A DNA stretch of 64,000 nucleotides from the IMG/VR virus record IMGVR_UViG_3300045988_092126, one strand, 5' to 3'. Under the pieces are notes generated by a model. The model did no database searches, was not told where the DNA came from, and saw nothing but the letters and a program-made list of their open reading frames with translations. This document shows, one piece after another, positions 7,530 to 15,845 of the stretch. Position numbers and translations under genes: made by a program. How positions within the stretch are numbered: position 1 is the first letter of the stretch; each line of letters begins with the position of its first letter. The stretch comes from a virus.

Positions 7530-9773
7530 ATGGCATTAACAGCAAAGAAAGTATATGCAATATTAAAACGCCAGATTTCCGATATGGAAGCAAAATTAAA
7601 TAGCCCTGTAAGATACAGAGGTACAGTTGCGACTGCTGATTTGCTTCCATTAAATCCAGACATTGGCGATATGTACAATATCGAGTCTAAATCTATTTAC
7701 GGCGAAGCAGGAATGAATGTGGCATGGAACGGCGTAGTATGGGACACTATGGGCGCCCCGATTGATATGTCACTTTACATTAAATCAAACGAATTAGCGG
7801 ATTGGGTAAAACAGCAGAACAAGCCGACATATACAGCTGAAGAAGTTGGAGCGTTGCCGGCTGATACAAAGATTCCAAGCAAAACCAGTGAATTGCAGAA
7901 TGACTCTGGATTCTTGACTAAAATTCCAGACAATTATCTTTTCGAAACAGACAAAACACTGAACGTATCTGGAAAAGCTGCTGACGCAAAGGCTACCGGA
8001 GATAAAATCACAGAATTGTCAGCTGATATATCAAATAAATTGAATAAGAACCAAGGTTCGGAAAACTCTGGCAAGATTGCCGGAATTAACGAATCTGGCG
8101 ATATCGTTCCGATGTTTCCAGTAAGCGTAGATTACAACGAAGAAACAAACTGCCTTGAGTTTGGGTCTGATCAAAAAATGGAGCTTAATAAAGGTATCAA
8201 CCTTGATAGCACTCTCACGAAGACTGGATATGCCGCTGATGCAGGCGCAGTTGGAGAAATAACTAATTCACTAAAGGAAGATTTGTATGTTAAAACTTAC
8301 AACATTTTTGATGTTAATTTTTTACCTCGAGCATTCATTCCTCTCACAGGCTCTCACGGCGGTGAACTGTTTCTTGATAATAATGATAATTATTCGGCAA
8401 CAAATGAAACTATTAATGTTCTTCCGAATACTCAATACACCTTTTCAAATGGTAGTGAATCTATCCCTTATGAGTTACAGTTAAGTGTTATTTTTTATGA
8501 CAAAGATATGAGGTTCTTAGGTTATGCAAGTAACACCATTAATAATTTTTCAAAATTTTTTAAATTTACAACTATTGAAAACACTAATCATCTAAGATTT
8601 CAACTTCGTTCCACAGGAAAAGGCTCGGATATTCCTAATATAAAAAAATGGCAGTTAAACGAGGGTAATCTATTACCTTATTTGGATAATTATGTGTTAA
8701 ATTGTTCAACGGATAATATTGGAAATGAATTAACCGATATAAACATTGATAATCCACAGGTCAGAGATTTTGTTGAAGATGTTGATTACACAAATCAAGA
8801 ATACACAATAACACAAGTTGGTACATATTCTGCACCATCTGTTTATTATAGAAAAGATTGTGGTTTTCCAATGGTTGTTAAATGGAAATTAAATAGAGAT
8901 ATAAAAAATCAAATATTATATATTTCTACAAACAAATTAATTCCTATTGCTGATACAGTTGCTGTGAAATCATATGATATTCCTTGTGGAATAAGTGATT
9001 TTGCTGTATATAATTTAATCCCAAATGCAACATATTACTATAAAGTTTGTGGTACTGATTTTGACAACAATTTAATTGTAATTAAAGAAGGGTGTTTTAC
9101 CACTATTGGACAAGTGCATATGTTAAAAATTGACGGATTAAAAAATGTTCGTGATTTAGGTGGTTGGCTTACGCCAAATGGTAAAATTAAATACGGATTA
9201 TTATTTAGAGGTTGCGAACTTGATGATACCGGAGTCGGTGTGGAATTAACACATGAAGGTAAAAAAGAACTTTTTGATAGAATAAGAATAAAAACTGACA
9301 TTGATTTAAGAACGGATGTTGGTAATACAAAATCGCCTATCGGTACTCTTGTTGATTATAATTGTTATCCTATTCAACCATATGATACAGGTTTGAAAGA
9401 CACTATAACAAAAGGATTAATAAAATCTATTTTTGAAAAAATTGAAGAAAAGTTATCAAAAAGTAATGCGATATATTTCCATTGCCAAGGTGGTAGAGAT
9501 AGAACTGGAACACTTGCTTTTTTGATTCTAGGTGTTTTAGGTGTGAGCGAATCCGATATAGCAAAAGATTATGAACTTACAGAATTTGCGTATGCAAGTT
9601 ATAAGGCTGATAATCCGAATACGTCTAGGAAGTTTGCTCAATATGTATCTATGGTAAGTTATATTAAAACTTTCAATGGGGCAACATTTAATGATAAGAT
9701 TATTAGTTATCTTTTGAGCATCGGAATTAGTCAAGCCACTATTAACAATATTAAGTCGTATATGGTTGCTTAA
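7530..9773 (+). CDS. fiber-like structural protein fused to a C-terminal protein-tyrosine-phosphatase (CX5R, Y_phosphatase3-like) domain
   Basis: Start at ATG 7530 (AAGGAG RBS). The N-terminus YRGTVATADLLP..GDMYN and the SGKAADAKATGDK / TGYAADAGAVGE motifs are typical of prophage fibers. The C-terminus has NVRDLGGW (about 9143) and the P-loop HCQGGRDRTG (9480-9509). Confidence 0.7.
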   Translation: MALTAKKVYAILKRQISDMEAKLNSPVRYRGTVATADLLPLNPDIGDMYNIESKSIYGEAGMNVAWNGVVWDTMGAPIDMSLYIKSNELADWVKQQNKPTYTAEEVGALPADTKIPSKTSELQNDSGFLTKIPDNYLFETDKTLNVSGKAADAKATGDKITELSADISNKLNKNQGSENSGKIAGINESGDIVPMFPVSVDYNEETNCLEFGSDQKMELNKGINLDSTLTKTGYAADAGAVGEITNSLKEDLYVKTYNIFDVNFLPRAFIPLTGSHGGELFLDNNDNYSATNETINVLPNTQYTFSNGSESIPYELQLSVIFYDKDMRFLGYASNTINNFSKFFKFTTIENTNHLRFQLRSTGKGSDIPNIKKWQLNEGNLLPYLDNYVLNCSTDNIGNELTDINIDNPQVRDFVEDVDYTNQEYTITQVGTYSAPSVYYRKDCGFPMVVKWKLNRDIKNQILYISTNKLIPIADTVAVKSYDIPCGISDFAVYNLIPNATYYYKVCGTDFDNNLIVIKEGCFTTIGQVHMLKIDGLKNVRDLGGWLTPNGKIKYGLLFRGCELDDTGVGVELTHEGKKELFDRIRIKTDIDLRTDVGNTKSPIGTLVDYNCYPIQPYDTGLKDTITKGLIKSIFEKIEEKLSKSNAIYFHCQGGRDRTGTLAFLILGVLGVSESDIAKDYELTEFAYASYKADNPNTSRKFAQYVSMVSYIKTFNGATFNDKIISYLLSIGISQATINNIKSYMVA

Positions 9774-9868
9774 CTAAAGAGGGCTTTAGTTAACTATTAA
9801 AACCACAGGCACAGCGCATTTAATCATTATAAACAGTTGACAATAAATAACAGATATGGAGGAATCAC

Positions 9869-11071
9869 ATGAAAACGCAGAAAACAAAAGGATTTTATGA
9901 CCGTGAAAATGATACGGTACATATTTTTATTCCGCCTGCTCCGACAGAATCGGAGAGAGGTGGAATTACTGCAAAAGAAAAAACAACGGAATCCCTCGAA
10001 GTTACTATTGATTCAGCTACGGGGAAAGCATATGTAGCACTCGACAAAACACTTTCAAAGACAGGCGAGGCGGCGGATGCAGCAGTTGTAGGCGAAAAAC
10101 TCACATCAATGGGTGTCGCAATTGAAAATGTAAAGGAAGATAAAGCCGATAAAACATCTCTTGCACAAACCGACAGAAAGCTTGATGCACTCTGGAAACT
10201 CAATCAGGGTATCAGCTATGAATTTCAGACAGATGAAGCAGAAGCATATCAGAAAACGGTTCCGAGTGGTGCAAAGATGGTAAGCATTAAAAGTATTGGC
10301 GGTAAGACGATTGTCTGGAATCAGTTAAATTTGAATAACGAAAATTCTGTTACGAAAAACGGTATTTCTTTTATAAACAATAAGGACGGTTCGTGGACAA
10401 TAACTGGAACTTGTAGTACATCTAATGGCGGCAGTGCTGACGTACTAATATACGGATTTGCAGTTAAATATGTATCAGGTCATAAATATTTAGTTAAAGC
10501 CGATAAATATTCTGATGGAAATTATGGTTTTGCAATTAACGGCAGGTCTTACCCACTAAAAAAAGCAATAATTATTAATTACGCTTTTAATCCAGTAATA
10601 TTTGTAAACGACAAGGCAACCGTGGATAACGTTACGATGCGAATGAATATTTTCGACCTCACCCAAATGTTCGGCGCAGGTAACGAACCATCCACCCCAG
10701 AGGAATTCGAAGCTATGTTTCCAGCAGACTATTATCCGTACAATGCAGGCGAGTTGATGAGCGCACCTGTGAATGAAGTTGTATATTTAGATACCAAAAA
10801 TCAAGAAACATCATATCCAATCCCACAAGCCATTCTTGACCTAGAGGGTTATGGAGAGAGTGGGAATTTTGTTGATTTTGTGGAAAAGAAATACCACAAA
10901 GGGGACAGGACGATTGATATATCAGACATTATGGGAGATACATTCCAACAACCTCTTGAAGTTGAAGTAGGCGGTACACTGACGTTCAAAAACAGCAACG
11001 GTAATGATTACAGAATCCCTGTACCAAGCTCAGAGGAATATGTAATATCTTTAGCGGAGGTAGCAAAATGA
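9869..11071 (+). CDS. fiber / receptor-binding-like protein
   Basis: 400 aa with GGAGGA RBS. Shares the LSKTGEAADAAVVGEK fiber motif with the preceding gene. AT-rich central part. Confidence 0.55.
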   Translation: MKTQKTKGFYDRENDTVHIFIPPAPTESERGGITAKEKTTESLEVTIDSATGKAYVALDKTLSKTGEAADAAVVGEKLTSMGVAIENVKEDKADKTSLAQTDRKLDALWKLNQGISYEFQTDEAEAYQKTVPSGAKMVSIKSIGGKTIVWNQLNLNNENSVTKNGISFINNKDGSWTITGTCSTSNGGSADVLIYGFAVKYVSGHKYLVKADKYSDGNYGFAINGRSYPLKKAIIINYAFNPVIFVNDKATVDNVTMRMNIFDLTQMFGAGNEPSTPEEFEAMFPADYYPYNAGELMSAPVNEVVYLDTKNQETSYPIPQAILDLEGYGESGNFVDFVEKKYHKGDRTIDISDIMGDTFQQPLEVEVGGTLTFKNSNGNDYRIPVPSSEEYVISLAEVAK

Positions 11072-11220
11072 CTGAAATGCAGAAGAAAATGATAGAGAAA
11101 CTTGGTCTGGCTGAATCAGACTTTGAGAAAAAAGAAACGGTGGTAAGCAATGAAGAACGTATCAATGACCTTGAGATTGCTGTCTGCGAACTGCTTGAAA
11201 CACTTGGGAATGCTGAATAA
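11068..11220 (+). CDS. small protein downstream of fiber genes (XkdW/X-position)
   Basis: 50-aa ORF (MTEMQKKMIEKLGLAESDFEKKE...) with ATGA overlap with the fiber gene. Below the ORF-track length cutoff. Confidence 0.35.
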   Translation: MTEMQKKMIEKLGLAESDFEKKETVVSNEERINDLEIAVCELLETLGNAE

Positions 11221-11236
11221 GAAAAGGAGAAATAAA

Positions 11237-11413
11237 ATGATGGCAAAAGTATATTTTAACAGATTGATCGTAGGAACTATTACATATGATGCAATTCCTG
11301 AGAAATATCAGGATAAAGTAAGAGAATATGGTATTGAGTATGTGAAAAAAGGAAAACTTCCTGTAGAAGAATATGAAATGCTGTATAAAGAGGAATATCC
11401 AGAGGGTAAGTAA
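11237..11413 (+). CDS. XkdX-like small phage protein
   Basis: 58 aa from ATG 11237 (AAGGAGA RBS). ...YVKKGKLPVEEYEMLYKEEYPE matches the V.KGKIT.EEY..ITG pattern of the XkdX family. Confidence 0.5.
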   Translation: MMAKVYFNRLIVGTITYDAIPEKYQDKVREYGIEYVKKGKLPVEEYEMLYKEEYPEGK

Positions 11414-11554
11414 TTAACACCAGTTTAAAAAATTGAACAAACAGGAGAAAATCAAAATGGAATTTAATATCAAGACCAGGCTTGCTCATGCTTGGAGGGC
11501 GTTAATTATTGACTATTGGACACCAATAATATATAATGATTATAAATTCATTAT

Positions 11555-11746
11555 ATGGAGGTGAGTTCGATAAAAGTAGAAAGAAATATCATGATTAACA
11601 AAGCTGGTGGAAACGCAGGAAAAGAATCTGTCAACTATAAAATATCACTTCCGTCAGAAGCAGTTCGGATGATAGGTGTTACCAAAGAAGACAGAAAAGT
11701 AATTCTCGAATATGATGAAGAGAAAATAACAATCAAAAAAGCATAA
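11555..11746 (+). CDS. AbrB/SpoVT-like (MazE-fold) DNA-binding protein
   Basis: 63 aa. ISLPSEAVRMIGVTKEDRKVILEYDEEKITIKK fits a swapped-hairpin AbrB-type domain. Start uncertain (11555 or 11591). Confidence 0.45.
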   Translation: MEVSSIKVERNIMINKAGGNAGKESVNYKISLPSEAVRMIGVTKEDRKVILEYDEEKITIKKA

Positions 11747-11867
11747 TAAAAAGGAGTTAGGTTCCCGACTACCAATCAAAAAAAACCTAACTCCAACACC
11801 ACAAAGGGTACAGTATTATTATAACATGGTACTCTCCCTTTGTGAACCCAAAAGGAGGGTATTTTTT

Positions 11868-12863
11868 ATGAGAGATAAATTCGTGAATGGGTTCATGACA
11901 AAACTGTATGGAGAAATTCCGGAAGAGTATCTGGAAACGATCAGAAACAAACTGGCGTTGTATGTAAATGATTTTGATATCAGTCAAAGAGAAACAGCAG
12001 TTGTAAAGTATACTGGATATTTGCCGGATTTTTACAAAACTTACATTGTAAGTAGAAAAATCGAGGGTTTGAGTAAAAAGACGCTCGAACTCTACAATCT
12101 TTATCTGAATGATTTCTTTTTCACATTCAATAAAAAAGCTGAAGATATTACCTCAAATGACATTCGTGTATATCTGTATAATGCTCAGGAAAGCAGAAGT
12201 CTAAGTAATCGAACACTTGATAGCCGCAGAACTGCCATTCATGCATTTTTCGAATGGGCTGCAAACGAGGGATATGTGGGCAAAAACCCATGCAGATCAA
12301 TCAAAAATATCAAATATGAGCGTATAGAAAAACAACCTCTGACAGATATGGAACTGGAAAGAATCAGGCAAGCTTGCGAAACCGTACGTGAAAAAGCACT
12401 GGTTGAATTTCTGTATAGTACCGGAGCCAGGGTTACAGAAGTGTGTGGTGTAAAGAAAACAGATATAGACATTTACAAAGGTGAAGTAGTTGTTTTGGGG
12501 AAAGGCAACAAGCATAGAACAACATACCTAAACGCTCGTTGTAAATTACTTTTAAAACAATACTTTGCAATTAGAGATGATGAATCGGAATATCTTTTTG
12601 TAAGTGAAAGGAAACCACATAAGGTACTCAAAAAAGAAGCAATTGAAAGAATTGTACGAATAATCGGTGAACGGGCAGAACTGGACAGACCTCTAACACC
12701 GCATCTATTTAGGCATACTCTTGCGACTCTTATGCTTCAAAGAGGTACGCCGATTACTGAGGTGCAGAAGATTCTTGGACATGTCAACATTAACACGACA
12801 ATGATCTATGCAAAGGTATCTGATGAAGATGTAAAAGTGTCTCATATGAAATATGCAATATAA
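11868..12863 (+). CDS. tyrosine recombinase, XerC/XerD-like
   Basis: 331 aa from ATG 11868 (AGGAGGG RBS). SAM-like N-domain, ARVTEV (Arg I), HLFRHT (H-x-x-R) and GHVNINTTMIYAKV (His plus catalytic Tyr). Confidence 0.85.
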   Translation: MRDKFVNGFMTKLYGEIPEEYLETIRNKLALYVNDFDISQRETAVVKYTGYLPDFYKTYIVSRKIEGLSKKTLELYNLYLNDFFFTFNKKAEDITSNDIRVYLYNAQESRSLSNRTLDSRRTAIHAFFEWAANEGYVGKNPCRSIKNIKYERIEKQPLTDMELERIRQACETVREKALVEFLYSTGARVTEVCGVKKTDIDIYKGEVVVLGKGNKHRTTYLNARCKLLLKQYFAIRDDESEYLFVSERKPHKVLKKEAIERIVRIIGERAELDRPLTPHLFRHTLATLMLQRGTPITEVQKILGHVNINTTMIYAKVSDEDVKVSHMKYAI

Positions 12864-12886
12864 GATTTTTGAAGGGAGAAATCGCT

Positions 12887-13285
12887 ATGAGAGGATTGAA
12901 ACGCCAAAAACAGGCAGTGTATTGGTCAAGGGTAACTGAAGACCTTGACGGGATAGACACAATCAAAACGTACCAAAAGCCAGAATTACATCACCTCTCC
13001 GTATCTGCGACTGCCGGAACGCCAGAGGAATTATCCGCCGGGTACGTCCCTGATTACGATAGGTACATCACGAATTTTGACCGTAGCTTCAAACCGCAAA
13101 TTGCAGATGTGTTCTGGATAGACTGCAAACCGGAATTGAACGAATCTGGAGAACTTATCTTAGGCGAAGGCGGGGAGCCTACAGTTCCGCCAGATTACCG
13201 TCTGAAAAAGATTCTCGATACCCAGAAAGGCAATGTGGCACGATACGGTATTAAGTACACAGGAGATGGCTCAGATGGCGAATAA
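12887..13285 (+). CDS. head-closure / head-tail adaptor-like protein (by position)
   Basis: 132 aa with GAAGGGAG RBS. First gene of the resumed head-tail joining series. No diagnostic motif. Confidence 0.35.
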   Translation: MRGLKRQKQAVYWSRVTEDLDGIDTIKTYQKPELHHLSVSATAGTPEELSAGYVPDYDRYITNFDRSFKPQIADVFWIDCKPELNESGELILGEGGEPTVPPDYRLKKILDTQKGNVARYGIKYTGDGSDGE

Positions 13286-13793
13286 GACTATCAAAATGGA
13301 ACTGTCGCATAAATCTATACAGGACACAATAAAACAGCTCAGGCAGTACCAAAACAGCCTTAAAAGTAAGAATGAATTATTTGTTCGTCGACTGTCTGAA
13401 CTTGGAATCCCTGTCATTGATCAGAATATTTCACTGTCGCAGGGCGATTCCGATAAAAATCACAGCACCTACATCAAAATCAATTCGTTCGGCGATTACT
13501 CACAAGCAACTTTAGTATGTGAGGGCGCAGGTCTGTTGTTCATAGAGTTTGGTGCCGGAATCCATTACAATACCCCGGCAGGCTCAAGCCCGCACCCGAA
13601 AGGGCAGGAACTTGGATATACAATCGGTTCTTACGGTCATGGTAAAGGAAAAAACGATTCTTGGACATACACGTCTGAAACTGGCGAATGGGTAAGATCA
13701 TATGGTACCGAAGCCACTATGCCGGTTTATAAAGCAAGCATGGAAATCATACAGAACATTCGGAAAATCGCAAAAGAGATATTTTCTACTTAA
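13275..13793 (+). CDS. HK97 gp10-like tail-component protein (tentative)
   Basis: 172 aa from ATG 13275 (AGGAG RBS 9 nt upstream). Overlaps the upstream gene. Size and position fit gp10-family neck proteins. Confidence 0.4.
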   Translation: MANKTIKMELSHKSIQDTIKQLRQYQNSLKSKNELFVRRLSELGIPVIDQNISLSQGDSDKNHSTYIKINSFGDYSQATLVCEGAGLLFIEFGAGIHYNTPAGSSPHPKGQELGYTIGSYGHGKGKNDSWTYTSETGEWVRSYGTEATMPVYKASMEIIQNIRKIAKEIFST

Positions 13794-13843
13794 ACTTCAT
13801 ACTGAAACATACTATTCAAAATGGTATACTATAACATATAAAA

Positions 13844-13871
13844 GCATCTGCAAACAAGCAGGTGCTTTTTT
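13844..13871 (+). terminator. intrinsic terminator
   Basis: GCATCTGC-aaacaa-GCAGGTGC followed by TTTTTT. Confidence 0.6.
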
Positions 13872-13903
13872 CATGCAAAAACATAGAAAAGGAGAATGTA
13901 AGC

Positions 13904-14542
13904 ATGTTAGTAGAAACAATGATTATCAGAAAAGTAGAAACGAGCATTGTCACAAGCCTAGATGTCGCGGAGACTTTTGGAAAAGAACATAAAAGAGTAT
14001 TGCAGGACATTAGAGAATTAGGATGCAGTGAAGAATTCGGACAGCACAATTTCGTGCCTTCCTCATATACAAGTATTCAGAATAAAAAGCAACCTATGTA
14101 CTGTATGACAAGAGATGGGTTCACACTTCTTGTTATGGGATACACTGGCGAAAAAGCCATGAAATTCAAAGAAGGATATATCCGCCAGTTCAATGCAATG
14201 GAAAAAGTTCTTTTAGGGAAAATAAGAGAACGAGACAAAGGCATTGCAGTGAGACAGGCGTTGACCAATGCACTTAAAGAATCTCAAGAAAATGAGAGAA
14301 TACATGGTCATGCGTATTCGACATATACAGATATGGTATATCGTACATTGTTTGGCAAAACTGCAAAACAACTTAGAGAAGAAAAGGGAATCTCTACCAA
14401 GGACAATCTGAGAGATTTCCTCACTGAAGAAGAATTAAAAGCAGTTCAATCAAAAGAAATGCTTGTTAGCGGATTGATTGACTGTGGATGGGGATATTCT
14501 CAAATAAGAGATTTCCTAAAGGACAGTCTCAAAATATGTTAG
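13904..14542 (+). CDS. Rha-family phage regulatory protein
   Basis: 212 aa from ATG 13904 (AAGGAGA RBS). VTSLDVAETFGKEHKRVLQDIREL... is the characteristic Rha N-terminal domain. Confidence 0.8.
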   Translation: MLVETMIIRKVETSIVTSLDVAETFGKEHKRVLQDIRELGCSEEFGQHNFVPSSYTSIQNKKQPMYCMTRDGFTLLVMGYTGEKAMKFKEGYIRQFNAMEKVLLGKIRERDKGIAVRQALTNALKESQENERIHGHAYSTYTDMVYRTLFGKTAKQLREEKGISTKDNLRDFLTEEELKAVQSKEMLVSGLIDCGWGYSQIRDFLKDSLKIC

Positions 14543-14560
14543 AACAGGCGAGGTGATTCT

Positions 14561-14968
14561 ATGCCAGACACGATCAATAACCCAGTATCAGAAGTATTTT
14601 CTAGGTGGAGTAAAGATATTCAACCAGCAGTCGGCAAAGGCAATTTTTCCATGGAGAAAAGCCAGACAATAGCATCTGGCAAAACGAAATACGCCAGATT
14701 GTTCATGATGGGGAATCCCACGCAGTCGACAAGTCTTGAAGGTCACGAATGTGCAACAATTCTTTCGTTTCAAGTGGAAAGTTACGCATCTGGAACGAAG
14801 GCTTTATCGACTGCATATGAAATCGACAGCAAGAGCCATCAGGCTATGGTTTCAATGGGATTTCGCCGGACATACGGGCCAGAAGAGGTTGCAAACTCTG
14901 AAAAGAGTTTTAAACGAATCATAAGCCGGTACAGCAGAATTTACACCGGGCAATTATTGGAAGCGTAA
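14561..14968 (+). CDS. tail completion / terminator-like protein (by position)
   Basis: 135 aa, placed between the gp10-like and major tail genes. No diagnostic motif. Confidence 0.3.
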   Translation: MPDTINNPVSEVFSRWSKDIQPAVGKGNFSMEKSQTIASGKTKYARLFMMGNPTQSTSLEGHECATILSFQVESYASGTKALSTAYEIDSKSHQAMVSMGFRRTYGPEEVANSEKSFKRIISRYSRIYTGQLLEA

Positions 14969-15009
14969 CAGCTTCTATTTTTTATACCAAAAAGAAAGGA
15001 GAGTGTCCT

Positions 15010-15222
15010 ATGAGTAAAGATAAATTACAATGGCTGAAAGCTGCGGGAATCAGAGCTGTTAAGACAATTGCTCAGACAGCAGTTGCAACAATCGGAACCG
15101 CGACAGTCCTTGGAAGCGTTGACTGGAAGATGGTCGTATCCGCGTCCGTTCTTTCCGGCGTTTTATCCTTGCTTACATCTGTAGCAGGGCTTCCAGAACT
15201 GAAAACAAGCGCAGATGAATAG
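15010..15222 (+). CDS. holin, r1t / LL-H-like family
   Basis: 70 aa. IRAVKTIAQTAVATIG....VDW......LSGVLSLLTSVAGLPE matches the r1t-type holin pattern (AIKTFAQ...VDW...LTS.A.G.P). Two hydrophobic helices. Confidence 0.65.
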   Translation: MSKDKLQWLKAAGIRAVKTIAQTAVATIGTATVLGSVDWKMVVSASVLSGVLSLLTSVAGLPELKTSADE

Positions 15223-15267
15223 AAAGGACGGTGATCCTTTTATCTCCCGGATGCAGGGTTACGCATC

Positions 15268-15288
15268 AGAGCCACATGGCTCTTTTTT
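15268..15288 (+). terminator. intrinsic terminator
   Basis: GAGCC-acat-GGCTC followed by TTTTTT. A weaker hairpin lies at 15223-15240. Confidence 0.55.
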
Positions 15289-15327
15289 ATTGTGATTTTA
15301 TAGCTGAAAAGCAGAAAGGAGCCGAAT

Positions 15328-15822
15328 ATGGCAGATAAAGGAAATATAGCAGGCGTAAGTACCGTTGGTTCGCTTACCGGATATGCAGTTGAAACAACAG
15401 CAGGTACTAAACCGACAGCTTTTAAACTTCTTCACAGAATCAATGCTTCTGATGAAATTAAAATTGATGTAGAAACAATCGACGCTTCCGCACTTGAAGA
15501 TGAAGTTGAAAGAACTATTGCAGGACGTGGTTCTACAGGTGGCACATTCAACGTAACTGTGAACGTAACTGATGAAACTATCACTGAATGGGAAACCTTA
15601 ATCAGCGAATACAAAACAGCAAAAACAGATGGAAAATCTATGTGGTATGAAGAGTACTTCCCGTCTCTTAAGAAAGCGTTCTTCACAAAAATCGAGCCAC
15701 CGACAATCATTCCTAAACCGGCAAGAGATCAGAACGGTCTGTTAACCGTCGAAATGTCTCTTACTATCAATGAGTACGTCGGACCGGGCGACGCAATAGT
15801 TCCAACTGACAGCGGCATTTAA
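15328..15822 (+). CDS. major tail protein
   Basis: 164 aa with AAGGAG RBS. Immediately upstream of the chaperone pair and tape measure. Composition is typical of siphovirus tube proteins. Confidence 0.65.
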   Translation: MADKGNIAGVSTVGSLTGYAVETTAGTKPTAFKLLHRINASDEIKIDVETIDASALEDEVERTIAGRGSTGGTFNVTVNVTDETITEWETLISEYKTAKTDGKSMWYEEYFPSLKKAFFTKIEPPTIIPKPARDQNGLLTVEMSLTINEYVGPGDAIVPTDSGI

Positions 15823-15845
15823 ACATATTTGGGAGGACAAATAAT

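Larger units (their letters stand above)
3173..12886 (+). mobile_element. accessory island interrupting the head-tail joining genes (cargo plus terminal tyrosine recombinase); mobility unproven
   Basis: The conserved connector / head-closure / gp10-like series breaks at 3172 and resumes at 12887. The block has its own regulators and terminators and ends in a recombinase gene 23 nt from the resuming gene. Confidence 0.3.

Noticed and set aside
7530-11071. Possible diversity-generating retroelement or shufflon acting on the fiber genes, suggested by the repeated AADAxxxG motifs and the nearby recombinase.
   Set aside because: The repeats are short protein-level collar motifs, not template/variable DNA repeats. 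No reverse transcriptase is present in the window, and no multiple inverted DNA segments are visible.
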